From Bacteroidota bacterium (GTDB lineage Bacteria > Bacteroidota > Bacteroidia > Sphingobacteriales > Sphingobacteriaceae), in NCBI GenBank assembly GCA_040386815.1, contig JAZKET010000034.1:61236-125235 (forward strand): 64,000 nt of DNA, given 5' to 3'. Numbering within the stretch: the first letter of the stretch is position 1; every line of letters starts with the position of its first letter. A program made the position numbers and the translations under genes. Below the pieces are notes generated by a model. That model saw only the letters and a list, made by a program, of their open reading frames with translations. It did not search any database and had not been told where the DNA came from. Below are positions 37,287 through 48,224 of this stretch, piece after piece.

Positions 37287-38771
37287 TTAGCTCTTTCTTG
37301 TGAAAATAGTGCCTCTAAAATCATGAGAACCTGTGTTCATAAACACTTTAAAGATATGGTAACCTTTTTTCAAAGTTACATCTGCTTTGTGTTCTAACTG
37401 GTTACCATACGCACCGGTATTTCTAACTGATATTTGCGTTGGAGTTAACAACACGTTATCTAAAAACGCAGTTACTCTGCCGTTAGTATTATTTGACCCT
37501 AATAACAACGCCATATCATACACACCGTCTTCCTCTACATTTACGCTCCAGGTTAGGTATTCGTTGTTACCAACCCATCCTACTGCGCTTCTTGGCGAAT
37601 AATCACCGGCAACGTCAACATAGTCAGGTAAGCGCCAGTTACCGTCACCTTCTTTAGTATTGTTATCATTGTAAGCAACGCCTTGGCCACCAAGGTCATA
37701 ATAAGCAGCGTAAATTGGGGCTGACACCGCACCAATTGCACCTTTAACTACGAAAGGTGTACCATAATATGGTCTGAAAAAGTTAGGATCGATTACAAAA
37801 TAATAAGTCTTACTCTCTTTTTCACTTACCTTATATTTAGTAGGGTTTTTTAAAGTGAATGCAACTGTTGGATATTTCAATGTTGGCGCACCAGCAGCAG
37901 GCTGTACCGCTAAAAGGACATTGATCTTAGTGGTGAAAGTAAATACCGCAGTGTTTGTGCCTGCTTGTATTTTGATTTTAGGATCAAATGATATTGAATT
38001 TTGCGCATAAGTTTGAGAAGTAGACAATCTACCAGAGTTGATATACTTGGTAACACTATCCTGCGCAAATACTGCGTCAACTGTCACTTCTGAACCCGGA
38101 TCGCCTTGTAAAGTAACTGGTACGCTAACAGTAACGTTCTGTGTAGTTAAAACGTAATTAGCCGGGCTGGAAACAACATTTACTACGTTTGAAGTTGCGC
38201 CTGCAGCCCCAAAATAAATTTCATGTACGGAAGTTGGATCTAACAACTCGCCCGTCTTTACTGTAAGTATAGTCGCACTTTTACCGGCTGCAACAGCATT
38301 GCTTTTGCCAACAGTACCAATTTTGATAACGGCAGCCAAAGTTTGGCCGTAAAGTACCTCCATTGCAGATCTGCTAACTACGATATTTGTTGTAAAACTA
38401 GTTACACCTGCAGGGATATTAAGTTGCGGAAGTACAGCCGCGCCACCAACCGGGAATGCAACAGTACCTACCGGCAAAGTTCCGTCAGTAATAAGTTTTG
38501 CAACAGTATCAACATTTGTAGACAAACTAACAGTAAACGCTGTTGTTGTAGGAGCAGAAAAGGTAATAGTATAAGGTATAGTAAGCTCAGCGCCGGTAAG
38601 CGTGTAGGTACTACCCTTTACTATATCAATTTTCGAGCTTGCGGATACACTTACTTTTCCGTAGGACTGACTACCAACCACGTCAGCTAGTTTCTCGTTT
38701 TTACACGATACGCCTAATGTAACAATTAAACCTAAAACGGCTAATTGTACGTGACTAAATATTTTTTTCAT
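37287..38771 (-). CDS. SusE-like lipoprotein: two Ig-like (DUF1735-type) domains + CBM6-like domain
   Basis: GVSC lipobox; C-terminal YDLGGQGVAYND, VGW...EYLTWSVNV and TGAY CBM6-like motifs. Confidence 0.75.
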   Translation of the reverse strand: MKKIFSHVQLAVLGLIVTLGVSCKNEKLADVVGSQSYGKVSVSASSKIDIVKGSTYTLTGAELTIPYTITFSAPTTTAFTVSLSTNVDTVAKLITDGTLPVGTVAFPVGGAAVLPQLNIPAGVTSFTTNIVVSRSAMEVLYGQTLAAVIKIGTVGKSNAVAAGKSATILTVKTGELLDPTSVHEIYFGAAGATSNVVNVVSSPANYVLTTQNVTVSVPVTLQGDPGSEVTVDAVFAQDSVTKYINSGRLSTSQTYAQNSISFDPKIKIQAGTNTAVFTFTTKINVLLAVQPAAGAPTLKYPTVAFTLKNPTKYKVSEKESKTYYFVIDPNFFRPYYGTPFVVKGAIGAVSAPIYAAYYDLGGQGVAYNDNNTKEGDGNWRLPDYVDVAGDYSPRSAVGWVGNNEYLTWSVNVEEDGVYDMALLLGSNNTNGRVTAFLDNVLLTPTQISVRNTGAYGNQLEHKADVTLKKGYHIFKVFMNTGSHDFRGTIFTRKS

Positions 38772-38843
38772 TTGTTTAAATTTTAACTAGTAGGTTAAGT
38801 AAGCGAGAGGCTGCATTTAAAGCAATCTCTCGCTAAAATATTC

Positions 38844-40760
38844 TTAATTAGCAATCCAAACTTTGCCATCTAACGCCCATGAAGTTTGACGAGCAATGTT
38901 AAACCAACCCAAAATTTGAGCAGGGATGTCTGAATTCTTTGGAACTCTCAAACTCAAATCGCTGGCTGCTGGCGAGCAAATTAAATCAGTAAATGCAGTC
39001 CACTGATAACCGCTCATCAACGGAGGAGTGGTGCCGCTAGCTGGTGGAATTGCAGTGTTAGCTTGAGATTGATTTAATGTCATATCAGCTACACCGAATC
39101 TGTCTTTTAATACGGTACCATTACCTTCATTGATAGGCCAGTAGCCTAACAAGAAACTATAGAAAGGGTGGCTTCTGTCTATGCTTTGATCACAAGCATA
39201 CTGTCTTACAACAGCATCTGGCAAAGCGGCTTTGAAAACTTTGAATTCTTTTAATTCAACATCTATCTGTCCAAAAGAGTTGATAGCTTCACCACCATCT
39301 ATCTCGTTTCCACCAGTCCAACCTAAACGTAAGAACGAGTTATTGTCAAAGTTCGAATTTGCAGGTATCACATAAGGAATTGTAGATGGATTAGCAAGAG
39401 AACCACTGTTTTTGTTAGATATACCCGGAACACCGTCAGTATATAATCTTACTTGTCTATTACCATTCGGAGTTCTTTCCACAACAGCTGTCAAATCATG
39501 CCAGGTATCACCGGTAAAATCAACACCTAAAATTTCTTCATTTAAACCAGTCGCACCAGATGTATTACCTATTAGCATTACACGCCAGGTGTTACGGATT
39601 AAGCACAAATTCCACCCGCGCGAGCCGCCATTATTTCCCCAATTGGTGATAGGCGCAGGGTTCAGCATAGTATGACTAGGCGTACCTTGCTTGCCCAAAA
39701 AGCCTGGCCATTGGTAGTAATAGTCGCCTCTTGAAACGTTATACGGATTTTTACGTTTTTTTATCTTTACAGAAATAGTAAAGCTTGAAGTATCACCAAA
39801 ATTAAACGCTGTAGATAAGTTTGTACCTAATGCGTCTGTACCTCGTACTTCGGCTACACCTTTATGAGGCCATCCTCTAAATCTTACCGCATTACCTACG
39901 TAAGAGTTACCTACAAAAGGCTTAGCGATAAAAGTTGGGTTATAACTTGCGTTATAAATTATAGTAAAGGTGTTAGCATTTGTGTTACTAAATACGGTTT
40001 TATCATCCTCGCCCACACCTAAAGTAAACGGACCGCCTCTGTTTGAACTGATAATAACCAACCAGTTTTCTTTCGTGAAAGTAGCTCTTGATTTAACAGA
40101 AGCTAAAATAGCGCCAACCTGAGTATCAAAAGCAGCAATAGCGTTTTTGTAACCCACGCTGCTGTTGTCAAATTTATCGGCTAAACCAGCTGCTTGTACA
40201 GCAGAAAACTCACCAACCACCAAATCAGCAGCATCTGTTTTCAGAAAATCAACCATACGGGTTTTAACAGCCTCGTCATTGGCCAAATTCTCAGAAACGT
40301 CAGCTCCGGTAGTTAAATTGGTCTTAAACGCAACTGATGACGCAAACGACGCGATACGCGTGTCCTTGTTTACAGACTTTATCCTATCAAATATAGTCTT
40401 GTAAGTTGCCAGGTTATTACCCGCAAAGTCCTCGGTTAAAACATTGTGTTTCTCTTTTTTTACGCCGGTAATCATATCAGCCCAGTTAGTTGCATTGGTC
40501 TGCGTAGCGTCTGACAATGAATTCCAGGTGTAAATTGAATTTGGTATTAGAGATTTAAGCGTAGGGATTGCTGCATCTCTAACCTGAGTACCTCTGGCGC
40601 CATCTACAATGATGTAAAGCACTTTAGGCTTTAGAAAAACGTCCTTGCCATCCGGAATCGGCGCCGGAGCAGGTATTTCTTTATCAAAACCGTGATTACA
40701 TGCTGATAGGGCCACTACCAAGAGAGACATACCAAGCAGTTTGGCTTTAAATTTTTTCAT
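38844..40760 (-). CDS. DUF4983-like lipoprotein: degenerate alkaline-phosphatase fold + LamG-like domain
   Basis: LSAC lipobox; VLYIIVDG and WADMITG; LamG motifs FTISVKIK and WHDLTAV; C-terminal LLGYWPINEGNG. Confidence 0.75.
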   Translation of the reverse strand: MKKFKAKLLGMSLLVVALSACNHGFDKEIPAPAPIPDGKDVFLKPKVLYIIVDGARGTQVRDAAIPTLKSLIPNSIYTWNSLSDATQTNATNWADMITGVKKEKHNVLTEDFAGNNLATYKTIFDRIKSVNKDTRIASFASSVAFKTNLTTGADVSENLANDEAVKTRMVDFLKTDAADLVVGEFSAVQAAGLADKFDNSSVGYKNAIAAFDTQVGAILASVKSRATFTKENWLVIISSNRGGPFTLGVGEDDKTVFSNTNANTFTIIYNASYNPTFIAKPFVGNSYVGNAVRFRGWPHKGVAEVRGTDALGTNLSTAFNFGDTSSFTISVKIKKRKNPYNVSRGDYYYQWPGFLGKQGTPSHTMLNPAPITNWGNNGGSRGWNLCLIRNTWRVMLIGNTSGATGLNEEILGVDFTGDTWHDLTAVVERTPNGNRQVRLYTDGVPGISNKNSGSLANPSTIPYVIPANSNFDNNSFLRLGWTGGNEIDGGEAINSFGQIDVELKEFKVFKAALPDAVVRQYACDQSIDRSHPFYSFLLGYWPINEGNGTVLKDRFGVADMTLNQSQANTAIPPASGTTPPLMSGYQWTAFTDLICSPAASDLSLRVPKNSDIPAQILGWFNIARQTSWALDGKVWIAN

Positions 40761-40872
40761 GTTATATCTTTTAATTTAGTTCGTTTATGTTTGGTTATGC
40801 TGAAAAGCATCTGCGTTAGCCACAGGGTAACGCTAATTTAACAATATTATTATATTAACAAAAAATAATATC

Positions 40873-42507
40873 TTATAATTCAAGCTTTACTCTGATAAGG
40901 TTACGTCTAACTTTACCATCAAAGTTACTGAAGCTACCCATAATTAACAAGGCACGCTTATTATCAGCTGATTGCATTTCGTAAGTATCTCTGATTGCAC
41001 CTGTCAGGTTACCGGTTGTGTTAAATCCATCGGCTAAAGTACCATCAGAATTCAAGATACAAAAGCCATTTCTGATAATACCGTCATAGGTTCTGAAACC
41101 ACCGCCTACTACGATCAAGCCATCAGACAAAGTTTTGGCATAAGTAGGTATACCACCACCAAATACTTTAGGTGTAAATGTATTATCAACAGAGCCATCC
41201 TCATTTAATCTAACCATATATTGAGACGCTTTACCTGCAATAGTGTTAAATAAACCTACGGCTAAATATTTTTTAGTGGCAGCGTCATATGACACAAAAC
41301 CTATAACCTGATCTGCGCCAGCGCCAACGTTAAATGATCCGTCAGGAGAACCATCCTCAGCATTTAATCTGATAATTCTACCTGCAGCCGCACCATCAAA
41401 AGTGGTAAACTGACCGTAAATTAACAGCTTACCTGCAGTACCGCCAGCGTGCATAAGAGAACGGATAGGGCCGTTAGCACCAATTTTACTCTTACCAAGC
41501 TGATTTTTATAACCAACAGCGTTTGCATCAAAACGCCAGGTTTTGTCAAGCGAACCGTCTTCGTTTAGACGTGCAATTGAACGAACATCGATACTATCTG
41601 TAACTGTACTATCCTTATAATCAAAAGTGTATTGATCATAACGACGAGAAACGTAGTAGTTAAAGTCGCCGGTAATAATCATTTTATTAGTACCAACCGG
41701 GTAAATTTCATGGATACCACCAGTTGTACCACCGTTAAATGCTGGTACAAATTTGGTTTTGTTTGTATACGTTAAAACCTGCGTAGTATCTACCTGGCCT
41801 GATGTATTTATCCTGGTAATTCTGCTTATACCACTACCTTGTTGAGCATAGCCGGTTAAATCACCAACTACATAGTAGTAAGGGCCAATCTGAGCCATAT
41901 CCCAAAGCGTACTGTTAGCTGCCGTTCCTGCCAAAAGCGATCTGTCCCAAGTTCCGTCAGGGAAAATTCTAACTATTCTGTTTTGACGTGAAATATTACC
42001 TTTACCATCATAGCTTTGGAAAGCGCCTAATAATATCAGGTTTGAAGTTAACGGCACTGGAAATGCTTTAAATACCGCGTTATCAGCACCCGATACTGCT
42101 ACAAAGGTAGGGTCGATATTAACTCTACCTAAAACAGTAAATTGTGGACCAAATACTAATTGGCCGTCCACAACAAAAGACGTAACACCTGTACTGGCAT
42201 TACCCGGCACTTTAACAATAATATTTGACTCAGTTACATTAACAATTTGAGCTTCCTGACCATTAAATAAGAATTTTAATACTTTCTTATCATAGTGGGT
42301 TTTCGCGCCAGTTACGCTAATTGTAACTTCTGTACCCGCCAAACCTTCGGCCGGTACAGGTAGTTGCTGGGCATTTACTGAGATACCCAGAGCTGCTTTA
42401 CCACCTGCATAGGGATCATTAAATACGGTAGTTTGCTTTTTACAGCTTCCCATCAGCATGCCCGCTACTACCAATAATAAACCAGTATATTTAAGTTTCA
42501 TAATCAT
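40873..42507 (-). CDS. DUF5008-like lipoprotein with IPT domain and delta-60 (DUF5122) beta-propeller repeats
   Basis: MGSC lipobox; repeated R-L-N-x-D-G-S-x-D-x-x-F and GxFxxY/F motifs. Confidence 0.78.
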   Translation of the reverse strand: MIMKLKYTGLLLVVAGMLMGSCKKQTTVFNDPYAGGKAALGISVNAQQLPVPAEGLAGTEVTISVTGAKTHYDKKVLKFLFNGQEAQIVNVTESNIIVKVPGNASTGVTSFVVDGQLVFGPQFTVLGRVNIDPTFVAVSGADNAVFKAFPVPLTSNLILLGAFQSYDGKGNISRQNRIVRIFPDGTWDRSLLAGTAANSTLWDMAQIGPYYYVVGDLTGYAQQGSGISRITRINTSGQVDTTQVLTYTNKTKFVPAFNGGTTGGIHEIYPVGTNKMIITGDFNYYVSRRYDQYTFDYKDSTVTDSIDVRSIARLNEDGSLDKTWRFDANAVGYKNQLGKSKIGANGPIRSLMHAGGTAGKLLIYGQFTTFDGAAAGRIIRLNAEDGSPDGSFNVGAGADQVIGFVSYDAATKKYLAVGLFNTIAGKASQYMVRLNEDGSVDNTFTPKVFGGGIPTYAKTLSDGLIVVGGGFRTYDGIIRNGFCILNSDGTLADGFNTTGNLTGAIRDTYEMQSADNKRALLIMGSFSNFDGKVRRNLIRVKLEL

Positions 42508-42554
42508 TATATTAATTTCAAAAAATCCTTTTAAATATAAATTTTTTGTGTGAT

Positions 42555-43346
42555 TTATTTATTCAAGATAACGTCATCCTGGAAATCCATCCACATACCG
42601 AAATACTCCGCCATCCATTGATCCAGGCGAATATCACCCAATCTGGTTGTGTTTGGTACAAACTGAGCAAGTACGTGCACAACACCATTTGTAGGTTGAA
42701 CGTCTGACGTTGCTACAGCAGCGGATGAAAAATAGTACGCGCTTGGATTTGAAGGATCAACCACAGCAGCTATACACAACTGACGGTAACCGGCATATCT
42801 TACAGAGTTTGCTGAGTTGTAAACAACACCAACGTTAAGAAGATCGCCGTTATATCCGTAGTAATAACCTCCTGGATATAATGGTCGCAAATCGAAATCC
42901 AATTGAGGAAAGTCTTTCATCAGATACTTGCCTTTCATAATATATCTTTGCAAGTATTTTCTCCAAATCACTGGAGGGATATCAGAAAGTTGTTTAATGG
43001 TATCCTTATTCAAATTGAATAATCTCTGGTTAAGACGGTTTTGTAAAAGTGGAATATTACCGTTTACAATACCGATGGTACGTCTTACAACCTCATCTGT
43101 AGGAGCAAAAAATGTAATATTCTCTTTTGAAAACGCATCTTCCATACCTGCAAGTTTGATTACCTGAACAATAGTATCAAACTTAACTGGATTAGATTGA
43201 AGATATTGCAATACTGTACCGTTAAATTTAGGCTCGGCCAGACCGCCGTCTTGATAATACTTGTCTTTTGAACAAGACGACACTGTTATAGCAAGTACTA
43301 CTGAACAAACTATAAGTGTAATGTATTTTTTTGTAAAGTTTCTCAT
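42555..43346 (-). CDS. Fasciclin-domain lipoprotein
   Basis: VSSC lipobox; TFFAPTD and TNGVVHVL. Confidence 0.85.
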   Translation of the reverse strand: MRNFTKKYITLIVCSVVLAITVSSCSKDKYYQDGGLAEPKFNGTVLQYLQSNPVKFDTIVQVIKLAGMEDAFSKENITFFAPTDEVVRRTIGIVNGNIPLLQNRLNQRLFNLNKDTIKQLSDIPPVIWRKYLQRYIMKGKYLMKDFPQLDFDLRPLYPGGYYYGYNGDLLNVGVVYNSANSVRYAGYRQLCIAAVVDPSNPSAYYFSSAAVATSDVQPTNGVVHVLAQFVPNTTRLGDIRLDQWMAEYFGMWMDFQDDVILNK

Positions 43347-43359
43347 TTGCTTAATAAAA

Positions 43360-45003
43360 TTATTCTAAACCAGAGCCTACCCAATATGAATTTAAGCTCA
43401 TAAGCGGGTTGTTATTTAATGCAGATACGTCAATTGGCCAAGTCCAACCACCTCTTGCATACTTATCTGAAGTCAGATAGTTATCTGTATACAGTCTGTT
43501 TGTAAGTCTTTTGGTACGAACAAGATCGAAATAATGCGATCCTTCACCCATTAACTCTTTAGCACGCTCATAAAAGATAGCGTCTTTTAAGCCATAAGGC
43601 TCGCCGTTAGGATTTGGAAACTCAGGAGATGTTGCTCTTTTTCTAACAATGTTTAATAATGTGGTTGCGTCTGCATCTTGATTTAACTCTGCAAGTGCTT
43701 CTGCACGTAACAAAATCGCGTCAGCATAACGGAAAATCATAAACGTGTTATCTGGCAAACCATTTACTGAACCTGCGCCACCGTCAATAGGGCTGTTGGT
43801 TGCAAACTTTTTCATTTGGAACGTTTCAGCGTTTTGGTTAAATGGCTCATCAAACCAAATAGCAAGACGGTTATCTTTTGTATCTGGATATAACTTTTTC
43901 ATATATTCAGCTGTAAGAACAACTGGACTGGTACGGTTATCGTACTCTGGCAATTTGTAAGGGAAGTGTGTAAACGCATCACCTATTGGCGCCAATGCAA
44001 ATGGAATGTTATTTGGATTGTAGTTGACGCTATTAAATAATTCAAACAAACCTTCTTCAGAACGACCTTTCATTACCACAGCCCACTCGCTTAACGATAA
44101 CAGTCTTGGAGCACCAGATACCTGAGCTTCATCCATTAATTCTTTACCAAGTGCAGCGGTTTCTTGATAATAAGCAGTTTTACCACCTAAATCAAAACCC
44201 GCATTCCACATGTTCATGTTCATTAATAAACAAATTACTGCAGACTTACTTGCTCTGATAGAACGGTTTGATGGATCTGTTACTGTAAGAGGAAGATCAT
44301 TTTTAGATGATCTCATATCCGCAATACATTTTTTGATCACCGAAACCATGTTTTCTCTTGGTAGAGGGTCTTTTTGGTAAGCGTTAGTGTAATAAACAAC
44401 GTCACCATATAACCTTACCATAGTAAAGTAGCAATAGTTACGTATAAACTTAGCTTCGGCAATATACTTTTTGGTTTGATCCTGGTTTAATGAAGGGATA
44501 CCTTCCTGAAGTTTATCAACCAAAATGTTTGCGGCTTGTATTACTCTATAATACTCGCCCCATTTTGTAAGTGCCGAAAATCTGGTAGGGTTGGTTACAC
44601 CAGCGTCGTCTCTTTCTGCTACCGCAAATAATAAATATCTGTCGCTACGGGTACCGTTAACTTGAATATTAACTAAACCCGGCGTAGTACCAGAGTTTGG
44701 AATTCTGTTTTTATGTCCGCCTAGAAGTGCCACATCTCCTCTAACAGCACGGGCGCCGCTACCACTCGATGAGGGAATAGCCTCACCTGAACGGAATTCG
44801 CCAGTTGCACCTGCTGTATTGGTCTGCACATATTTATCATATAGCTGACCATACATGTCTGTGATATTGGCTTCAACGTCTTGTACAGACTTGTAATAGT
44901 TATTTCCGGTTACCTTATCTATAGGGGTGATATCCAGAAATTTCTTACAGCTGTATTGTGAAGCAACCATCACAACCAGTAAGCAAATAATAATCTTTTT
45001 CAT
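43360..45003 (-). CDS. susD: SusD/RagB family lipoprotein (second pair)
   Basis: QYSC lipobox; EAKFIRNYCYFTMVRLYGDV, FRYADAILLRAEALAE, ERAKELMGEG, YFDLVR. Confidence 0.93.
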   Translation of the reverse strand: MKKIIICLLVVMVASQYSCKKFLDITPIDKVTGNNYYKSVQDVEANITDMYGQLYDKYVQTNTAGATGEFRSGEAIPSSSGSGARAVRGDVALLGGHKNRIPNSGTTPGLVNIQVNGTRSDRYLLFAVAERDDAGVTNPTRFSALTKWGEYYRVIQAANILVDKLQEGIPSLNQDQTKKYIAEAKFIRNYCYFTMVRLYGDVVYYTNAYQKDPLPRENMVSVIKKCIADMRSSKNDLPLTVTDPSNRSIRASKSAVICLLMNMNMWNAGFDLGGKTAYYQETAALGKELMDEAQVSGAPRLLSLSEWAVVMKGRSEEGLFELFNSVNYNPNNIPFALAPIGDAFTHFPYKLPEYDNRTSPVVLTAEYMKKLYPDTKDNRLAIWFDEPFNQNAETFQMKKFATNSPIDGGAGSVNGLPDNTFMIFRYADAILLRAEALAELNQDADATTLLNIVRKRATSPEFPNPNGEPYGLKDAIFYERAKELMGEGSHYFDLVRTKRLTNRLYTDNYLTSDKYARGGWTWPIDVSALNNNPLMSLNSYWVGSGLE

Positions 45004-45024
45004 ATCTTCTCTGTATAAATTGAA

Positions 45025-48000
45025 TTAAAAATTGACATTCAGACCTAAAGTATAAGTACGTGGGTTTGGATATGCCCCGTCAATATCTTTACCTAAGTTA
45101 TTAACGTTTTCAACGTTAGGACCTGAGTAAGGCGTAAATACGGCCAAGTTACTTGCTGTAAACGTAGTTCTGATTGCGTTAAGACCTAAACGTTTTACAA
45201 GATCTTTAGGTAAGTTGTAAGACAACGTTGCCTGGTTTATCTTAAAGTAACTACCATCTTCTTGCCATAAAGTCTGCTCACCTCTAAAGTTATTCATGTA
45301 TTGCTCATGAGCATAGTTGTAAACGTTTGCATAGGTTGCTGTTGCATCACCTGTACCTCTCCATATACGAAGGTCGCCTGGAGATGGTACGGCATTAGTA
45401 CCAAAAGGGTTGCTTAGCGCTACTAAACGTTGTGCTAATGAGTTATTTAATACAGAACGTACAGCAGTGTATGAACAGTATACGTTCAAAGAAAATTGTC
45501 CGTAACCAATAGTGTTGCTGAAACCACCAGTAATTAATGGCTGAGTGTTACCAGAAACACTTCTGTCTCTAACATCAATCACATAGTCACCATTTAAATC
45601 TTTCAATCTCGCATCACCACCCTGGTAAGAGTTAAGTGGGTTGTTGCCTACTAAGTTTCTCAATCTTACACCTGTAACTGGGTCAACCGGTACTTGTGCT
45701 GTAGTAGCATAAACACCTTCGTTAGTAAACAAGTAGTTAGATAATGAGTTACGACCAACACGTTTTGCTAAGAACTGACCTGAAACATCAAGACCGTTTG
45801 AGCCAGAGATATCAATGTACTGACCGTTAAAGATAGCCGGCAATTTAACCAACACGTCATAGTTTAACGCGCCGTTAACGTTCATTGTCCATTTAACTTT
45901 AGCGCTTTGTTTAAGCGGACGAATGGTTAAAGCTAACTCATAACCGTAGTTAGAAATAGCACCATCGTTACTTTGGAAGCTACCAAAAGCTAACACGTTT
46001 GAAAGGTTGATTGATACAAGGTCATTAGTAACCGCTTTATAGTAGGTATCAAATGTGATATCTAAGTGGCTGTTAAATAAAGTTGCATCAAAACCTAAGT
46101 TGTACTGAAGTACTTTTTTAGGTAATAAGTTCGGGTTAGGAACTCTACCAAAATCGATACCAACACGCGCCTGGTTGTTATAGAAACCATTTGGATTGTA
46201 TCTACCATAAATGTCTACCAAGTTACCGATAGGGTAAATGTTCTGACCAACACTTAATCTTAAGTCAGCCTGATCAAGCCATTTTGAAGTATGGTTTGCA
46301 ATCCAATCTTCCTTAGTAATGTTCCATCTAAAACCAACTGAAGGGTTTTTAGTATATGGATCAACCGGACCGTTTGCTGATGAACCATCCAAACGATAGG
46401 TAAGGTCTAATACGTATTTCTTTTTAAAGTCATAAGTGAATGCAAATGCATATGAAGCTGTTCTTAAATCGTAGAAGTTGTCCAATACACCTGCACCTCT
46501 TGATAAGTTACCATCGTAACCACTTGGGCCTTCGTACTGATCGTTTGGAGTACCTGTGATACGAGTGTAGCTTTGTTGTCTTTTCTTAACATAGATCTCA
46601 TTGAACACGTTAAAGAACAAATTGTGTTGACCTAATGATTTAGTATAAGTAAGGTTGTTTCGATTGTATAATTCTGAAGAATATCCGTAAAAATTGTCAA
46701 TTCTGGCAAACTGTCCGTTTGCCGCTGCTGGTAAAAACTTATCTTGAGTTTCAATCTCATAAGTATAGTTACCGTTTGTTTGCAAACTTAAACCTGGCAA
46801 TAACTCATAAGTAGCGTTTAAGTTAGCACTTAAGTTTTTAGGACCAGAGCTCTCTCTGATGTTTAAGCTTGATAATACATCGCTTGTAGCTAACAGGAAT
46901 GACGGGCCCGGCTGCAATGTTGATTTATTACCGTTTGCGTTAACAACAGTTTGTAATACCTGGTTACCACTACCTGACCTAATTCTAGCCATTGAAGTTC
47001 TGATTTGGCCAAAGAAGCTCAATTTAGAAGAAGGTTTAAACTCCATGTTCATGTTCATACTGTAATTCTCGAAACCGGTTTTTTCAATCAAACCTGATTG
47101 TGAGAAATACTTCAAGTTAACTTTATAGTTAAATCTTGCATCACCACCATCTAACGCGATGTTGTGAGTAGTATTAAATTTATTAGCATAGAATATACCT
47201 TGCCAGTTAGTTGAGTTATTATAATATGCATTCAAACTATCTGAAAGGAACTGAGTGTTACTTAGTCTATATTTATCATCGTTGATACCGTATTTGTTAA
47301 TCTGTCCAACTTTAAAAGATCTCTCAGCCGCACCACCTAAAGTTTCGCGTAGTTTAGGTACTGCTGATAAATAAAACATCGCAGAATATCTGATAACCGG
47401 AACTTTTGATTTACCTCTCACCGTTTGGATCAAGATTACACCGTATGCACCTCTTGAACCGTACAATGCAGTTGCAGTCGCATCTTTCAAGATCTCCATG
47501 CTCGCGATATCCTCTTGAGGAATCAATGAAAGCGGGCTTACGCCTGGACCTTGTTGATCAAAACCAAACTCAGAAGCTTTATCAGCATCCAATGGTACAC
47601 CGTCAATTACATATAAAGGTGATGTTGGTTGCAAGAAAGCAGCGTCGCCAGTACCAGTTGTAGCAATCGTAGATAAACCACGAATGTTTACAGAACCACG
47701 CATACCCGGTGCACCTGTGTTATTTTGAATGTTCAAACCTGCTACTTTACCTTGTAGTAATTGCTCAACGTTACCCACCGGGTTGTCTTGAACCTCTTTA
47801 CCGGTAATGATATAAGATGAACCTGTTGTTTGATCACGGTTACGTTTAACGTAACCACGAATTACAACTTCGTTAGCTTGCTTAGCGTCCGTAGTCATGT
47901 TAATGTTAACGGTAGTTTCGCCAGCTGCAAGTTTATGACTTTCAGATTTATAGCTTACAAACGTAAATGTAAGTACAGAGCCTTCATCTACGGTAACGGT

Positions 48001-48195
48001 GTACTTACCGTTAATATCCGCTTGTGTTTTACCCCCTTCGGCCTGAGTGCCAATAGTGGCGCCTGTTAATGGCTCTTTTGTTACTGCATCTAAAATGGTA
48101 CCTTTTACGGTCACCTTTTTAACTTGCGCCATCAAATTCTGGCACATAAGAAGGCAGCAGAAAAACATTAACGGCCAAATAATTTGTTTTCTCAT
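45025..48195 (-). CDS. susC: SusC/RagA TonB-dependent transporter (second pair, with N-terminal extension domain)
   Basis: CarboxypepD_reg-like N-terminal domain; LQGKVAGL, SPLYVIDG, ILKDATATALYGSRGAYGVILI; ends YPNPRTYTLGLNVNF. Confidence 0.95.
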   Translation of the reverse strand: MRKQIIWPLMFFCCLLMCQNLMAQVKKVTVKGTILDAVTKEPLTGATIGTQAEGGKTQADINGKYTVTVDEGSVLTFTFVSYKSESHKLAAGETTVNINMTTDAKQANEVVIRGYVKRNRDQTTGSSYIITGKEVQDNPVGNVEQLLQGKVAGLNIQNNTGAPGMRGSVNIRGLSTIATTGTGDAAFLQPTSPLYVIDGVPLDADKASEFGFDQQGPGVSPLSLIPQEDIASMEILKDATATALYGSRGAYGVILIQTVRGKSKVPVIRYSAMFYLSAVPKLRETLGGAAERSFKVGQINKYGINDDKYRLSNTQFLSDSLNAYYNNSTNWQGIFYANKFNTTHNIALDGGDARFNYKVNLKYFSQSGLIEKTGFENYSMNMNMEFKPSSKLSFFGQIRTSMARIRSGSGNQVLQTVVNANGNKSTLQPGPSFLLATSDVLSSLNIRESSGPKNLSANLNATYELLPGLSLQTNGNYTYEIETQDKFLPAAANGQFARIDNFYGYSSELYNRNNLTYTKSLGQHNLFFNVFNEIYVKKRQQSYTRITGTPNDQYEGPSGYDGNLSRGAGVLDNFYDLRTASYAFAFTYDFKKKYVLDLTYRLDGSSANGPVDPYTKNPSVGFRWNITKEDWIANHTSKWLDQADLRLSVGQNIYPIGNLVDIYGRYNPNGFYNNQARVGIDFGRVPNPNLLPKKVLQYNLGFDATLFNSHLDITFDTYYKAVTNDLVSINLSNVLAFGSFQSNDGAISNYGYELALTIRPLKQSAKVKWTMNVNGALNYDVLVKLPAIFNGQYIDISGSNGLDVSGQFLAKRVGRNSLSNYLFTNEGVYATTAQVPVDPVTGVRLRNLVGNNPLNSYQGGDARLKDLNGDYVIDVRDRSVSGNTQPLITGGFSNTIGYGQFSLNVYCSYTAVRSVLNNSLAQRLVALSNPFGTNAVPSPGDLRIWRGTGDATATYANVYNYAHEQYMNNFRGEQTLWQEDGSYFKINQATLSYNLPKDLVKRLGLNAIRTTFTASNLAVFTPYSGPNVENVNNLGKDIDGAYPNPRTYTLGLNVNF

Positions 48196-48224
48196 TGTAT
48201 ATTAGTTTTTAGTCATTAGGGTTT

